From: an uncultured Actinomycetota bacterium
GTDB lineage: Bacteria; Actinomycetota; Actinomycetes; JAHEKZ01
DNA: 64,000 nucleotides
Reading direction: 5' to 3'
NCBI GenBank assembly: GCA_963718235.1
Contig: CAVQYR010000002.1
Location: 640,001 to 704,000 of the forward strand
Position numbers and translations under genes: made by a program. The notes below the pieces were generated by a model. The model did no database searches, was not told the DNA's origin, and saw only the letters and a list, made by a program, of their open reading frames with translations. Positions within the stretch are counted from its first letter, which is position 1; every line of letters starts with the position of its first letter. This document shows positions 43,319-54,022 of the stretch, piece by piece.

Positions 43319-44173
43319 ATGACCGAGACCACCGTCGCTGTGGTGGGGGCCGGACTCATGGGGTCGGGCATCGCCCAGGTGGCAGCCCGCTCCGGTGCGC
43401 GGGTGATCCTGCAGGACGTCGGGCAGGAGCAGCTCGCTCGTGGCCTGACCGCGATCGCTGCGTCCCTGGACAAGCTCGTCGAGAAGGACCGCCTGACCCG
43501 GGCCGAGGCCGACGAGACGCGGGCCAGGATCGAGGTGACGACCGAGCTGGCAGACCTGGGCGGTGCATCCTTCGTGGTGGAGGCCGCCTTCGAGCGGCTG
43601 GACGTCAAGACCGAGCTGTTCGCCGTCCTGGACCAGGTGGTCGGGCCCGACACGATCCTCGCGACGAACACCTCCGCCCTGCCCATCACCCAGATCGCTG
43701 CCGCGACGGCACGTCCAGAGCGTGTGGTCGGCACCCACTTCTTCTCGCCGGTGCCACTCATGCAGCTGTGCGAGGTGGTGCGCGGTTACCGCACCTCCGA
43801 CGACACGATGACCCGCGCCGTGGCCTTCGCGGAGCAGGTGGGCAAGACCGTGGTGGTCGTCAACCGTGACGTCGCCGGCTTCGTGACCACCCGGCTGATC
43901 TCGGCGCTGGCGCTGGAGGCGGCCCGGCTCGTGGAGTCGGGCGTGGCTTCGGCCGACGACGTCGACACCGCCTGTCGCCTGGGTTTCGGGCATGCGATGG
44001 GGCCGCTGCAGACGATGGACCTGACCGGCGTGGACATCATGGTCAACGCTGCGGACAACGTCGCGGCGGAGACCCCCGGAGACACCTTCGCGGTCCCTGG
44101 GCTGCTGCGGCGGATGGTCGCCGCCGGCTCGCTGGGTCGCAAGACCGGGCAGGGCTTCTACGCCTACCCGTGA
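43319..44173 (+). CDS. 3-hydroxybutyryl-CoA dehydrogenase
   Basis: VVGAGLMGSGIAQ, ATNTSAL, GTHFFSP, GFVTTRL, GHAMGP, LGRKTGQGFY. Confidence 0.93.
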   Translation: MTETTVAVVGAGLMGSGIAQVAARSGARVILQDVGQEQLARGLTAIAASLDKLVEKDRLTRAEADETRARIEVTTELADLGGASFVVEAAFERLDVKTELFAVLDQVVGPDTILATNTSALPITQIAAATARPERVVGTHFFSPVPLMQLCEVVRGYRTSDDTMTRAVAFAEQVGKTVVVVNRDVAGFVTTRLISALALEAARLVESGVASADDVDTACRLGFGHAMGPLQTMDLTGVDIMVNAADNVAAETPGDTFAVPGLLRRMVAAGSLGRKTGQGFYAYP

Positions 44174-44341
44174 CACCGTGGTGTGGTCGGCACCCAAGGT
44201 CACGACTTGAGGTGACCGGGCGTGTCGTCCGACGTCACGCTTCGTCGGCGGCTACGGTTCCCGGACCCGGTCACCCGGCCCGCGGCTTCCCCTCCGCGCC
44301 GCCGGCGTGAGACGCGGCGGGAGCCGGGCACCGGAGGAACC

Positions 44342-44692
44342 ATGCGCGCAGCAGACGTGGCGCTACCGGCTCGGGTCGACGTCACCACCTCAGGCGACGT
44401 CCGGTACGCGCTTCAGGTAGCGATCGACGCAGCCCTCGGCCCCGACGTCGTCGTCGACTGCTCCCAGCTGGACGTCGTCGATGTCGCGGGGCTCGGGGTG
44501 CTGGTCAGTGCCCATCGACGCGCGCGCTCGTCGGGGCATCGGCTCGTCTTCGCCGATCCGCCTCAGCGGATCATCCGGCTGTTCGCCGTCACCCGGCTGC
44601 ACCGGATCCTTCATCTCGACCGGCACCAGGGGCAGTCGGTGTCGCGGTCGGTGTCACGGTCGGTCGGGCATCCCGTGGGCTGGGCCGGCTGA
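44342..44692 (+). CDS. STAS domain protein (anti-sigma factor antagonist-like)
   Basis: VVVDCSQLDVVDVAGLGVLVSAHRRA...VTRL; RBS GGAGG. Confidence 0.8.
   Translation: MRAADVALPARVDVTTSGDVRYALQVAIDAALGPDVVVDCSQLDVVDVAGLGVLVSAHRRARSSGHRLVFADPPQRIIRLFAVTRLHRILHLDRHQGQSVSRSVSRSVGHPVGWAG
44635..44664 (+). repeat. 12-bp tandem repeat GTCGGTGTCRCG x2.5 in the STAS gene tail
   Basis: Directly visible; encodes SVSRSVSRSV. Confidence 0.7.
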
Positions 44693-44740
44693 GTCCACGA
44701 CCGCGCACCGGCCTGATCGGACCCACCGGTACGCTGAACG

Positions 44741-46795
44741 GTGAACCACCGGGACCTCATGGAGGCTTGGATGGAACGCCCTGACGGCGCCCCACCGCGC
44801 GACCGACCGTGGGTCATGCGGACCTACGCCGGCCACTCGTCGGCTGCTGCGTCGAACGCCCTGTTCCGCACCAACCTGGCCAAGGGCCAGACCGGGCTCT
44901 CCGTGGCCTTCGACCTGCCCACCCAGACCGGCTACGACCCGGACGACCCCCTGGCGCGGGGGGAGGTGGGCAAGGTCGGCGTCCCCGTCGCGCACCTGGG
45001 CGACATGCGGGCCCTGTTCGACGGGATCCCGCTGGAGCAGATGAACACGTCGATGACGATCAACGCGACCGCGATGTGGCTGCTGGCGCTGTACGTCGTG
45101 GTGGCCGAGGAGGAGGCCGACGCCGCAGGCCGCGATCGCGCGGAGGTGGTCGCTGCGCTCCAGGGGACCACGCAGAACGACATCATCAAGGAGTACCTGT
45201 CGCGTGGCACCTATGTGTTCGGCCCGGAACCCTCGCTGCGGCTGATCACCGACATGGTCGCCTACACGGTGGGTCACCTCCCGAAGTGGAATCCCACCAA
45301 CATCTGCAGCTACCACCTCCAGGAGGCCGGAGCGACTCCGGTCCAGGAGCTGGCCTACGCGATGTGCACGGCGATCGCCGTGCTCGACGCCGTGCGAGAC
45401 ACGGGGCAGGTCGCACAGGAGGACTTCGGCGAAGTCGTCGCCCGGATCTCCTTCTTCGTCAACGCCGGTGTGCGCTTCGTCGACGAGATGTGCAAGATGC
45501 GCGCCTTCGTCCGGTTGTGGGACGACCTCACCGAGCACCGCTACGGCGTGACCGATCCCAAGCAACGACGTTTCCGCTACGGCGTCCAGGTCAACTCGCT
45601 CGGGCTGACCGAGGCCCAGCCGGAGAACAACGTCGCCCGGATCGTGCTCGAGATGCTCGGCGTCACCTTGAGCAGAGACGCCAGGGCTCGGGCGATCCAG
45701 CTTCCCGCGTGGAACGAGGCGCTGGGGCTGCCACGACCGTGGGACCAGCAGTGGTCTCTGCGGATGCAGCAGGTGCTGGCCTTCGAGTCCGACCTGCTGG
45801 AGCACGACGACCTCTTCGCCGGTTCGGCTGTGGTCGAGCAACGGGTCGAGACGCTGCTGGCCGACGCCCGGGCCGAGATCGACAAGGTCCTGGCCATGGG
45901 TGGTGCCGTCGCCGCGGTGGAGAGCGGCTACATGAAGACCCAGCTCGTCACCGCTCACGCCGAGCGACGTCGTCGGGTCGAGAGCGGCACCGAGACGGTG
46001 GTCGGGGTCAACGCGTTCACCACCACCGAGCCGAACCCCCTGCTGCGTGACACCGAGACCTCGATCCAGACCGTCGACCCCGCCGCCGAGCAGGAGGCCG
46101 TCGACCGCATCGTCGCTTGGCGTGCGGCCCGCGACCAGGCTGCGGTCTCGGAGGCGCTGACCCAGCTGCGGTCCGATGCGGCGTCCGCGACCAACCTGAT
46201 GCCGTCGACGCTTGCGTGCGCAAGGGCCGGTGTCACCACCGGTGAGTGGACCGGCGTGCTGCGTGAGGTGTTCGGCGAGTACCGCGCTCCTACCGGTGTC
46301 AGCGGACAGGTCGGACCCCCCGACGTGACCGAAGACCTGCTGGACCTGCGCGCACGGGTCAGCGAGACCGGTCGGCAGCTGGGTGCGCGCCTGCGCTTCC
46401 TGGTCGGCAAGCCGGGCCTGGACGGTCACTCCAACGGTGCGGAGCAGATCGCGGTGAGAGCCAGGGACGCCGGCTTCGAGGTGATCTACCAGGGGATCCG
46501 GCTCACCCCCGAGCAGATCGTCGCTGCTGCGGTCGAGGAGGACGTCGACGTCGTGGGCCTGTCGATCCTGTCCGGCTCGCACCTGTCGCTCGTCCCCGCC
46601 GTGCTGGAGGGCCTGCGCACGGCAGGGCTCAGCGACGTCCCGGTGGTCGTCGGAGGGATCATCCCCGACGTCGACGTCGAGCCGCTGGAGGCAGCCGGTG
46701 TGGCTGCGGTGTTCACGCCGAAGGACTACGCCATCAACGAGATCATGGGTCGCGTGGTCGACGAGATCCGGCGGGCCCGCCACCTCGACTCCTGA
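44741..46795 (+). CDS. meaA: Ethylmalonyl-CoA mutase (MeaA/Ecm), AdoCbl-dependent
   Basis: RPWVMRTYAGHS, GQTGLSVAFDLPTQTGYD, RYGVQVNSLGLTEAQPENN, B12 motif LDGHSNGAEQ. Confidence 0.93.
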   Translation: MNHRDLMEAWMERPDGAPPRDRPWVMRTYAGHSSAAASNALFRTNLAKGQTGLSVAFDLPTQTGYDPDDPLARGEVGKVGVPVAHLGDMRALFDGIPLEQMNTSMTINATAMWLLALYVVVAEEEADAAGRDRAEVVAALQGTTQNDIIKEYLSRGTYVFGPEPSLRLITDMVAYTVGHLPKWNPTNICSYHLQEAGATPVQELAYAMCTAIAVLDAVRDTGQVAQEDFGEVVARISFFVNAGVRFVDEMCKMRAFVRLWDDLTEHRYGVTDPKQRRFRYGVQVNSLGLTEAQPENNVARIVLEMLGVTLSRDARARAIQLPAWNEALGLPRPWDQQWSLRMQQVLAFESDLLEHDDLFAGSAVVEQRVETLLADARAEIDKVLAMGGAVAAVESGYMKTQLVTAHAERRRRVESGTETVVGVNAFTTTEPNPLLRDTETSIQTVDPAAEQEAVDRIVAWRAARDQAAVSEALTQLRSDAASATNLMPSTLACARAGVTTGEWTGVLREVFGEYRAPTGVSGQVGPPDVTEDLLDLRARVSETGRQLGARLRFLVGKPGLDGHSNGAEQIAVRARDAGFEVIYQGIRLTPEQIVAAAVEEDVDVVGLSILSGSHLSLVPAVLEGLRTAGLSDVPVVVGGIIPDVDVEPLEAAGVAAVFTPKDYAINEIMGRVVDEIRRARHLDS

Positions 46796-46897
46796 CACCA
46801 CCTGTCCTGAGGTACTACGACCACCGGACAATGGTGGACTGCCCGTCAAGTACCGCAGTGTTCTCCCAAGAGATCGACCACTTCATCGGAGGACACC

Positions 46898-47284
46898 ATG
46901 AACCGCACCCTCACCACTGGAATCCTGGCTCTCTCGGGAGCGCTGGTCCTGACCCTCGCAACCCCAGCACTGGCCAACGACGCCGACGTGATCAAGCGGG
47001 GCTCGTGCTCGGGGACGAGCGACTGGAAGCTCAAGGCGAGCCCGCAGGACGGCCGGATCGAGGTCGAGGCGGAGGTCGACAGCAACGTGATCGGTCAGAC
47101 CTGGTCGTGGCGCCTGACGCACGACGGCTCGGTCTCGGCCAGGGGCACCGCGACGACCAAGGGGCGAAGCGGCTCGTTCAGCGTCCGGCGACTCATGGTC
47201 GACGCAGCGGGCAAGGACAGCATCGGCCTGCGCGCTCGCAACACCAAGTCCGGTGAGGTCTGCACCGGTAGCCTCACGTTCTGA
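46898..47284 (+). CDS. Secreted hypothetical protein with a Cys pair
   Basis: Sec signal peptide (…ATPALA), RBS GGAGG, beta-rich mature part with CSG…C; precedes the two-component genes. Confidence 0.75.
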   Translation: MNRTLTTGILALSGALVLTLATPALANDADVIKRGSCSGTSDWKLKASPQDGRIEVEAEVDSNVIGQTWSWRLTHDGSVSARGTATTKGRSGSFSVRRLMVDAAGKDSIGLRARNTKSGEVCTGSLTF

Positions 47285-47289
47285 GGAGC

Positions 47290-48633
47290 ATGCGACCCAC
47301 TCACGCGACGACGACTGCACGACCGGGCTGGAGACGCCCGGTCGTGCAGTTCGTCGCGGCCGGCCTGGTGACGGCTGCACTGCTCGCCCTCCTCACCGGG
47401 TGGTTCAGTCAGCGGGCCGCGAGGGCGGAGGCGATCCAGGACGCCCGGACGACGACCGAGCTGCTCGCGCGCGCGGTCGTCCAGCCCGCCCTGGGCACCG
47501 GCGTCCTCGAGGCCGAGGCGGCCGAGGTCGACCGGTTCGACCGGCTCGTGCGCCAGCGGGTGCACGACGGTGAGGTGCTGCGGGTCAAGGTGTGGGACGC
47601 CCGGGGGAACATCGTCTACTCCGACGAGCCCCGACTCATCGGCGAGCAGTTCGTACTGGGGGACGAGGAGCGCGCGGTGCTCGCGTCCGGTGGGACCGAC
47701 GCCGAGGTCTCCGACCTCGCCAAGTCGGAGAACCAGTACGAGAAGCCGTTGGGCCGCGTGCTCGAGGTGTACACACGGGTGACGGCACCCGACGGGGAGC
47801 CCTTGCTGTTCGAGCTGTACTTCCCGTACGACGACGTCGCCCGTCGCACCGACCAGGTGCTCGCCGCCTTCCGCCCGATCACGGTCGGCGGGATCCTGCT
47901 CTTCCTGGCGCTGACGGTCCCGATGGTCTGGTTGCTCGCCCGGCGCCTCGACGACGCGGCGCGGGAACGCGAGCGACTGCTCGTGGCGGCCGCCCGGGCC
48001 TCCGACGCCGAGCGCGGTCGGATCGCCCGGGACCTGCACGACGGGGTGGTGCAGGACCTGGCCGGGACTTCGTTCGCGTTGTCCGCAACAGCGCGGGAGG
48101 TCGCCACCGGCTCACCGCCTGACCCGGGCGCGCTGCGGGAGGGGCTGGAGTCGCTGGCGGGCGGCGTGCGTCGGTCGTTGAGGTCGCTGCGCTCCCTTCT
48201 GGTCGAGATCTACCCGCCCGACCTCAGCGGTGCGAGCCTGCCCTCCGCCCTGGACGACCTGCTGGCGCCGGCGGTGGCGGGTGGTGTGTCGGTGACCCTC
48301 GACCTACCGGACACCCATGGGTGGCCGGAGTCGGTGGTGGCCCTGGTCTGGCGCACGGCACAGGAGTGTGTCCGCAACGCGGCGAGGCACGCAGACCCGC
48401 ACACGCTGGTCGTGCGACTGTCCCGCGACGGCGGTGAGGGCGACGGTCCTGGACGGGTGAGGCTCGAGGTGACCGACGACGGTCGCGGATTCGACCCGGA
48501 CCAGCCGATCGAGGGGGACCACCTCGGACTGCGCGGTCTTCGGGACCTGGCCGCAGAGGCAGGGGGGACCCTGCGGGTCACGTCCGGCCCGGGACACGGG
48601 ACGAGCGTGCTGCTCGAGGTGCCCCTGCCATGA
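47290..48633 (+). CDS. Sensor histidine kinase (HisKA_3/NarX-like)
   Basis: Two TM helices, ERGRIARDLHDGVVQ H-box, QECVRNAARHA, DDGRGF, HLGL, G.GT. Confidence 0.93.
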   Translation: MRPTHATTTARPGWRRPVVQFVAAGLVTAALLALLTGWFSQRAARAEAIQDARTTTELLARAVVQPALGTGVLEAEAAEVDRFDRLVRQRVHDGEVLRVKVWDARGNIVYSDEPRLIGEQFVLGDEERAVLASGGTDAEVSDLAKSENQYEKPLGRVLEVYTRVTAPDGEPLLFELYFPYDDVARRTDQVLAAFRPITVGGILLFLALTVPMVWLLARRLDDAARERERLLVAAARASDAERGRIARDLHDGVVQDLAGTSFALSATAREVATGSPPDPGALREGLESLAGGVRRSLRSLRSLLVEIYPPDLSGASLPSALDDLLAPAVAGGVSVTLDLPDTHGWPESVVALVWRTAQECVRNAARHADPHTLVVRLSRDGGEGDGPGRVRLEVTDDGRGFDPDQPIEGDHLGLRGLRDLAAEAGGTLRVTSGPGHGTSVLLEVPLP

Positions 48634-49283
48634 TCCGCGTCGTCCTGGTCGATGACCACGCCATGGTCCGGGCGGGGCTCCAACAGCTGCTCGACGGAGA
48701 CCCCGAGATCGAGGTCGTGGGCACGGCCGCCGACGGCGAGACCGCAGTCGTCGTGGTCCGGGCGGAGCGGCCGGATGTCGTCTTGATGGACCTCCAGATG
48801 CCCGGGACCGACGGGGTGGCGGCGACCCGCCAGATCGGAGAAGTCGTCCCTGAGGTGAGGGTGGTCATCGTCACCTCGTTCTCCGACCGGGAGCGGATCG
48901 TGGGCGCCCTGGACGCCGGGGCCATCGGCTACCTGCTGAAGGATGCCGAGCCGGAGGAGATCCTGGCCGGGGTGAAGGCGGCTGCTCGAGGAGAGTCGCC
49001 GCTGCACCCGCGAGCGGCTCGCGAGCTGCTGGCCTCCCGGGTCGAGCCGGGAGGCCGTCGAGGCCTCGGGAGCGTCGACCTGACCCCGCGCGAGGTCGAG
49101 GTGCTCGTGCTGGTGCGTCGGGGGCTGGCGAACAAGCAGATCGCCCGCCGGCTCGGGATCAGCGAGCGCACGGTGAAGGCGCACCTCACGTCGTGCTTCC
49201 AGCGGATCGGTGTCGCCGACCGCACGCAAGCGGCCCTGTGGGCCGAGCGCAACGGGGTGGGCGACCCCGAGCCGGACGCCTAG
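48630..49283 (+). CDS. NarL/LuxR family response regulator
   Basis: VDDH, MDLQMP, GYLLKD, LTPREVEVL…NKQIARRLGISERTVKAH. Confidence 0.95.
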   Translation: MIRVVLVDDHAMVRAGLQQLLDGDPEIEVVGTAADGETAVVVVRAERPDVVLMDLQMPGTDGVAATRQIGEVVPEVRVVIVTSFSDRERIVGALDAGAIGYLLKDAEPEEILAGVKAAARGESPLHPRAARELLASRVEPGGRRGLGSVDLTPREVEVLVLVRRGLANKQIARRLGISERTVKAHLTSCFQRIGVADRTQAALWAERNGVGDPEPDA

Positions 49284-49627
49284 CCGGGAGGTGGACTCGT
49301 CGGGGGCGGCGGTGGTGGCGGCGGCACCGGGGAGTCCGGAGGTGCGGCGGGCGCAGCGGCCGAGCCACCGTCACCGGGGAAGCCGGACCAGCCGTGCTCG
49401 GCAACATGCGCGTCCACGGCGTTGAGGGCGGCGTTCACCGCCTCGCGGTCGCCACCGCGCCGCTGCTCGGTGTAGAAGGCGGCGCCGAGGGTGGCGAGCA
49501 GCTTGTCTGCCTCTCGCTTCGCCGCCGCCTCGTCGAGCTTGGCCTGACCTGAGTCGATGCCCTTCTTGGCCTCGTCGAGTGCCTGCTGGGCCGCGGCCCG
49601 GGCCTTGTCCATGAAGCTGGGTGCCAT
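49280..49627 (-). CDS. Hypothetical helical protein with Pro-rich tail
   Basis: SFMDKA…LLATLGAAFY helical pattern; TACGGT-6nt-ATG. Confidence 0.6.
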   Translation of the reverse strand: MAPSFMDKARAAAQQALDEAKKGIDSGQAKLDEAAAKREADKLLATLGAAFYTEQRRGGDREAVNAALNAVDAHVAEHGWSGFPGDGGSAAAPAAPPDSPVPPPPPPPPTSPPPG

Positions 49628-49655
49628 TGCTCCACCGTAGGGCAGGCTGAGGGGA

Positions 49656-50423
49656 ATGGACGACCCGACGCTGGCGCAACGGTGCGCGCTCGCCCGACCC
49701 GCTGTGCTCGAGCGCTTCGGACAGGGCGCTCCCTGGCGTCGGACCGCGCGCCTTGCCGGTCAGCGGGTCGCGATCCTGGGCTCGTTCGACGAGCCATGGG
49801 CTGCGCAGGCCACCTTCACCGAGGGGTTTCCGGGCACCGCCGAGGTGGCGATGATCGTCGGCTGGCTGGAGTCGAACGGGCCAGGGCCGTTCATGCTGAC
49901 CGTTCGGGAGCGCTTCGCCGCCGACGACCGGTGGTCGGGTGCGGGTCTGGTGTCGGCGAGCCGCGAGCCGGTCTTCGCCGTCGAGGCTCGGTCCGCGCGG
50001 CTGTGGCCGGTCACCGAGCCCGAACGGCTGGTCCGGCCTGCCCACGACGTCGAGGAGTTCGTCGGCGCCTACAACGCGTGGGTGGGTCATGAGTCGGCCG
50101 TGCGCCAGCTGGTCGTGGCCGATGACCTGCGAGACCCGGACAAGGCCTTCCTCGTGCTCGACGTCGACGGGTCGGCCGTGGGCACGGCCATCGTCAGCTT
50201 CGCCGCCGGGACGGGCTACGTCTCCGGCATAGGGGTCGCCCCCGAGCACCGTCGGAAGGGCTTCGGCGGGGCCCTGACCCGCTCCGCGGTACGGGTGGCC
50301 GGCCGCGGCGGCGACCCGGTCTGGCTCCATGCCAGCGAGGACGGCTCCCCGCTGTACCGGCGGCTGGGGTTCCGGCAGGTCGACACCCAGGTGACGCTGG
50401 TGCGCCCGGTCAGGACCGGGTGA
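49656..50423 (+). CDS. GNAT family acetyltransferase
   Basis: IGVAPEHRRKGFGGAL…WLHASEDGSPLYRRLGF. Confidence 0.85.
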   Translation: MDDPTLAQRCALARPAVLERFGQGAPWRRTARLAGQRVAILGSFDEPWAAQATFTEGFPGTAEVAMIVGWLESNGPGPFMLTVRERFAADDRWSGAGLVSASREPVFAVEARSARLWPVTEPERLVRPAHDVEEFVGAYNAWVGHESAVRQLVVADDLRDPDKAFLVLDVDGSAVGTAIVSFAAGTGYVSGIGVAPEHRRKGFGGALTRSAVRVAGRGGDPVWLHASEDGSPLYRRLGFRQVDTQVTLVRPVRTG

Positions 50424-50482
50424 ATCCGACCTCACGCTGGTGTCCATGGCCAGAGCTCCCGCCACCTCGTCGGCGCGGGTCC

Positions 50483-51160
50483 TCAGAAGAGCTTGAGACC
50501 GACGTCGTCTCGGCCGCGCAGGGCGTCGTAGTCGAGCGTCACGCAGCGGATGCCGCGGTCCTGGGCCAGCACCCGCGCCTGCGGCTTGATCTCCTGTGCG
50601 GCGAGGACGCCGACCACGGGCTGAAGGTGCGGATCACGGTTGAGCAGCTCCAGGTAGCGGGTCAGCTGCTCGACCCCGTCGATGTCGCCGCGGCGCTTGA
50701 TCTCGACCGCCACCGCGCCGCCGAGGGCGTCCCGGGCCAGGATGTCCACCGGGCCGATCGCGGTCGGGTACTCCCGACGGACCAACCGCCAGCCCTCGCC
50801 CAGGGTCTGGATGTGCTCGGCCAGCAGAACCTGCAGATGGGCCTCGACGCCGTCCTTCTGCAGGCCGGGGTCGACCCCGAGCTCGTGCTGGGAGTCGTGG
50901 AGGACCTCCTCGACGGTGATCACGAGGCGGTCCCCGGACTTGGCGTGGGCGACCGTCCAGGTTCCAACCCCCGACGCGTCGAGGACGATCTCGCTGCGGC
51001 AGGGCGGGCTCATCCAGTTCAGCGGCTTGTACGCCCGGTCGTCGGCGTGGACGGAGACCGAGCCGTCGGCCTTCAGCAGGATCAGTCTGGTCGCCATGGG
51101 CAGATGGGCGGTCAGTCTGCCCTCGTAGTCGACGCTGCAACGAGCGATCACCAGGCGCAC
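50483..51160 (-). CDS. nucS: Mismatch-specific endonuclease NucS/EndoMS
   Basis: [59 protein letters not shown]. Confidence 0.97.
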   Translation of the reverse strand: MRLVIARCSVDYEGRLTAHLPMATRLILLKADGSVSVHADDRAYKPLNWMSPPCRSEIVLDASGVGTWTVAHAKSGDRLVITVEEVLHDSQHELGVDPGLQKDGVEAHLQVLLAEHIQTLGEGWRLVRREYPTAIGPVDILARDALGGAVAVEIKRRGDIDGVEQLTRYLELLNRDPHLQPVVGVLAAQEIKPQARVLAQDRGIRCVTLDYDALRGRDDVGLKLF

Positions 51161-51207
51161 GGGGGGAGCGTAGCGGCCCTCTGGCCATGGTCTGGGAGAC
51201 TTCCTCC

Positions 51208-52983
51208 ATGGCTCGCGAATTCACCACTGTCGGCGTCGTCGGTCTGGGCACCATGGGTGCGGGGATCTGTGAGGTGTTCGCCCGCCACGGTCTCGATGTC
51301 GTGGCCGTCGAGCGCAGCGACGAAGCCCTCCGGCACGGCATCGGTCACGTCGAGTCGTCGACCTCGCGCGCGGTCAAGCGCGGCAAGCTGGACGAGGAGG
51401 AGAAGCAGGCCATCTTCGACCGGATCACGTTCACGACCGACCTGGACGACGTGTCCGTGTGTCACCTCGTGGTCGAGGCGGTGCCGGAGAAGCTCGAGCT
51501 CAAGCAGCAGATCTTCGCCGAGCTCGATCGGATCACCGCTCCGGACGCGATCCTTGCGACCAACACCTCGTCGTTGTCGGTGACCGAGATCTCGGTCGCC
51601 ACCCACCGACCGGCGCAGGTGGTCGGGATGCACTTCTTCAACCCGGCGCCGGTCCTGAAGCTCGTCGAGGTGATCCGCACCGTGGTCACCGATGCCCAGG
51701 TGATCGACGACATCAAGGCGCTGGCGGAACGGCTCGGCAAGGTTCCGGTGGTGGTCGGCGACAAGGCCGGCTTCATTGCCAACGCCCTGCTGTTCGGCTA
51801 CCTCAACCACGCCGTGTCCATGTACGACCAGCGCTACGCCACCCGCGAGGACATCGACGCGGCCATGAAGCTGGGCTGCGGGCTGCCGATGGGACCGTTG
51901 GCGCTGCTCGACCTGATCGGTCTGGACACGGCCTACGAGATCCTCGACACCATGTACAAGCAGACCCGAGACCGCTTGCACGCACCCAGTCCGTTGATCA
52001 AGCAGATGGTCACCGCAGGGCTTAAGGGCCGCAAGACCGGCGGTGGCTTCTACACCTACGAGACGGCTGACTCACCCGTCGTGGTCGCCGACTCCCAGTC
52101 CACGGACACCGAGCCGGAGAGCGCCCCGGGTCGCGACGTCCAGCGCGTCGGCATCATCGGCTCGGGGACGATGGCGGTCGGCATCGCGGAGGTGTTCGCC
52201 AAGTCCGGGTACGACGTCGTCGTCCGGGCTCGCGGGACCGAGCAGATGGCGCGCGCCCGGCAGGCGATCGAACGGTCGCTGGAGAAGGCTGTGGTGCGCG
52301 GCAAGCTCACCGAGACCGAGCGCGACGAGACTCTGCGTCGCGTGATCGGGAGCACGTCGTTCGAGGACCTGGCTGACTGCGACCTGATCGTCGAGGCGAC
52401 GGTTGAGGAGCTCACCGTCAAGCAGGCGATCTTCGAGACTCTCGACGAGATCGCCAAGCCCGGAACCGTGCTGGCCACCACCACGTCGAGCCTGCCCGTG
52501 GTGGAGATAGCGGCAGCCACCCGTCGCATGCGCGACGTGGTCGGGATGCACTTCTTCAACCCGGCTCCGGTCATGAAACTGGTGGAGGTCGTGCGCACCG
52601 TCAACACGAGCGACTCGACGGTCGCGACGGTCCGCTCGGTCTGCGAGCGGCTCGGCAAGCATCCGGTGACGTGCGGTGACCGCGCGGGGTTCATCGTGAA
52701 CGCCCTGCTCTTCCCCTACCTGAACGACGCCGTGCGGATGCTCGAGGCCCACTACGCGACGTCGGACGACATCGACAACGCGATGAAGGTCGGGTGCGGG
52801 TACCCGATGGGACCGTTCGAGCTGCTCGACGTCGTCGGGCTCGATGTCGCCCTGGCGATCCAGCAGACCCTGTACCGGGAGTTCCGCGAGCCCGGGTTCG
52901 CCCCGACCCCCCTGCTCGAGCACCTGGTCACCGCCGGGTACCTCGGCCGCAAGAGCGGCCGCGGCTTCCGGGTGTACGCCTGA
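51208..52983 (+). CDS. Tandem-duplicated 3-hydroxyacyl(butyryl)-CoA dehydrogenase
   Basis: Two full modules: GLGTMG…GMHFFNPAP…GFIANALL and GSGTMA…GMHFFNPAP…GFIVNALL. Confidence 0.92.
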   Translation: MAREFTTVGVVGLGTMGAGICEVFARHGLDVVAVERSDEALRHGIGHVESSTSRAVKRGKLDEEEKQAIFDRITFTTDLDDVSVCHLVVEAVPEKLELKQQIFAELDRITAPDAILATNTSSLSVTEISVATHRPAQVVGMHFFNPAPVLKLVEVIRTVVTDAQVIDDIKALAERLGKVPVVVGDKAGFIANALLFGYLNHAVSMYDQRYATREDIDAAMKLGCGLPMGPLALLDLIGLDTAYEILDTMYKQTRDRLHAPSPLIKQMVTAGLKGRKTGGGFYTYETADSPVVVADSQSTDTEPESAPGRDVQRVGIIGSGTMAVGIAEVFAKSGYDVVVRARGTEQMARARQAIERSLEKAVVRGKLTETERDETLRRVIGSTSFEDLADCDLIVEATVEELTVKQAIFETLDEIAKPGTVLATTTSSLPVVEIAAATRRMRDVVGMHFFNPAPVMKLVEVVRTVNTSDSTVATVRSVCERLGKHPVTCGDRAGFIVNALLFPYLNDAVRMLEAHYATSDDIDNAMKVGCGYPMGPFELLDVVGLDVALAIQQTLYREFREPGFAPTPLLEHLVTAGYLGRKSGRGFRVYA

Positions 52984-52988
52984 GCGAC

Positions 52989-53282
52989 GTGAGCCCTCGC
53001 CGCAACCGGAGCAGGCGCGACGATGCCGCGCTGGACCTCGGCCGGGTCGGTGCTGCGGAGACCGTCGAGGAATGGGACGGTCTGGACTGGGTCGTCCGGT
53101 CGTTGCGCGGCTCGTCGTCGACGAAGACCTACCGCTGCCCCGGCTGCGACCAGGAGATCGTTCCGGCCACTCCGCACGTCGTGGTCTGGCGGGCCGAGCC
53201 GCTGGTGGGGGCGGGACCGGAGGACCGCCGGCACTGGCACACCAGCTGCTGGCGGGCCCGGTCACGGCGACGACCACGGTGA
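52989..53282 (+). CDS. Small conserved actinobacterial Cys/His (putative Zn-binding) protein
   Basis: KTYRCPGCDQEI…HVVVW…RRHWHTSCW. Confidence 0.8.
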   Translation: MSPRRNRSRRDDAALDLGRVGAAETVEEWDGLDWVVRSLRGSSSTKTYRCPGCDQEIVPATPHVVVWRAEPLVGAGPEDRRHWHTSCWRARSRRRPR

Positions 53283-54022
53283 GTCACCTGATCCGGGCGA
53301 ACACCGTCCTGCCGGCAGTACGGGAGCCGATCACACTGAGCACCGTTGACGGGCTGACCCTGGTGGGCGAGCTGGCCACCCCAGTGGACCGGCCACCGAC
53401 CGCGACGCTGATCACGCTGCACCCGCTGCCCACCCACGGCGGGATGATGGACAGCCATGTCCTGCGCAAGGCGTCCTTCCGCCTCCCCGCCCTCGCCGAC
53501 GTCGCCGTCCTGCGGTTCAACACCAGGGGGACCGCATCGGCTGCGGGTCGAAGCGAAGGGACGTTCGACCACGGCGTGGGCGAGCTGAACGACGTCGAGG
53601 CGGCCGTTCGGTTCGCGACCGAGCGAGGGCTTGCCGGCCGTTGGCTGCTGGGCTGGTCGTTCGGCACCGACCTGGTGCTCGGCCACGGCCCTGACCGCAG
53701 GGTCGAGGGCGCGATCCTGCTGTCCCCACCGCTGCGCCAGGCCACCGACTCCCAGCTCGACCGTTGGGGGCGGTCGGGGCAGCCCCTCGTGGCCCTCGTC
53801 CCCGAGCTCGACGACTACCTGCGCCCACCAGAGGCGCGGGAGCGGTTCGCAGCCGTGCCCCAGGCCGTGGTCCGCGGGTTCGCCGACACCAAGCACCTGT
53901 GGGTGGGTGAGCGGGCGGTCCAACAGGTGCTGGACGCGGTCGTCGAGGTCGTCGCACCCGGCGCATCCCCTCTGCCCCGTGACTGGGACGGGCCCTACGA
54001 GGTCGCTACGGTCAGCACATGA
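53279..54022 (+). CDS. Alpha/beta hydrolase
   Basis: HPLPTHGGMMDS, RFNTRG, GWSFG nucleophile, DDYL, KHLWVG. Confidence 0.85.
   Translation: MSHLIRANTVLPAVREPITLSTVDGLTLVGELATPVDRPPTATLITLHPLPTHGGMMDSHVLRKASFRLPALADVAVLRFNTRGTASAAGRSEGTFDHGVGELNDVEAAVRFATERGLAGRWLLGWSFGTDLVLGHGPDRRVEGAILLSPPLRQATDSQLDRWGRSGQPLVALVPELDDYLRPPEARERFAAVPQAVVRGFADTKHLWVGERAVQQVLDAVVEVVAPGASPLPRDWDGPYEVATVST

Noticed and set aside
44693-44740. Cobalamin riboswitch upstream of meaA or pduO
   Set aside because: Spacers are too short (48 and 38 bp) and no B12-box was recognised
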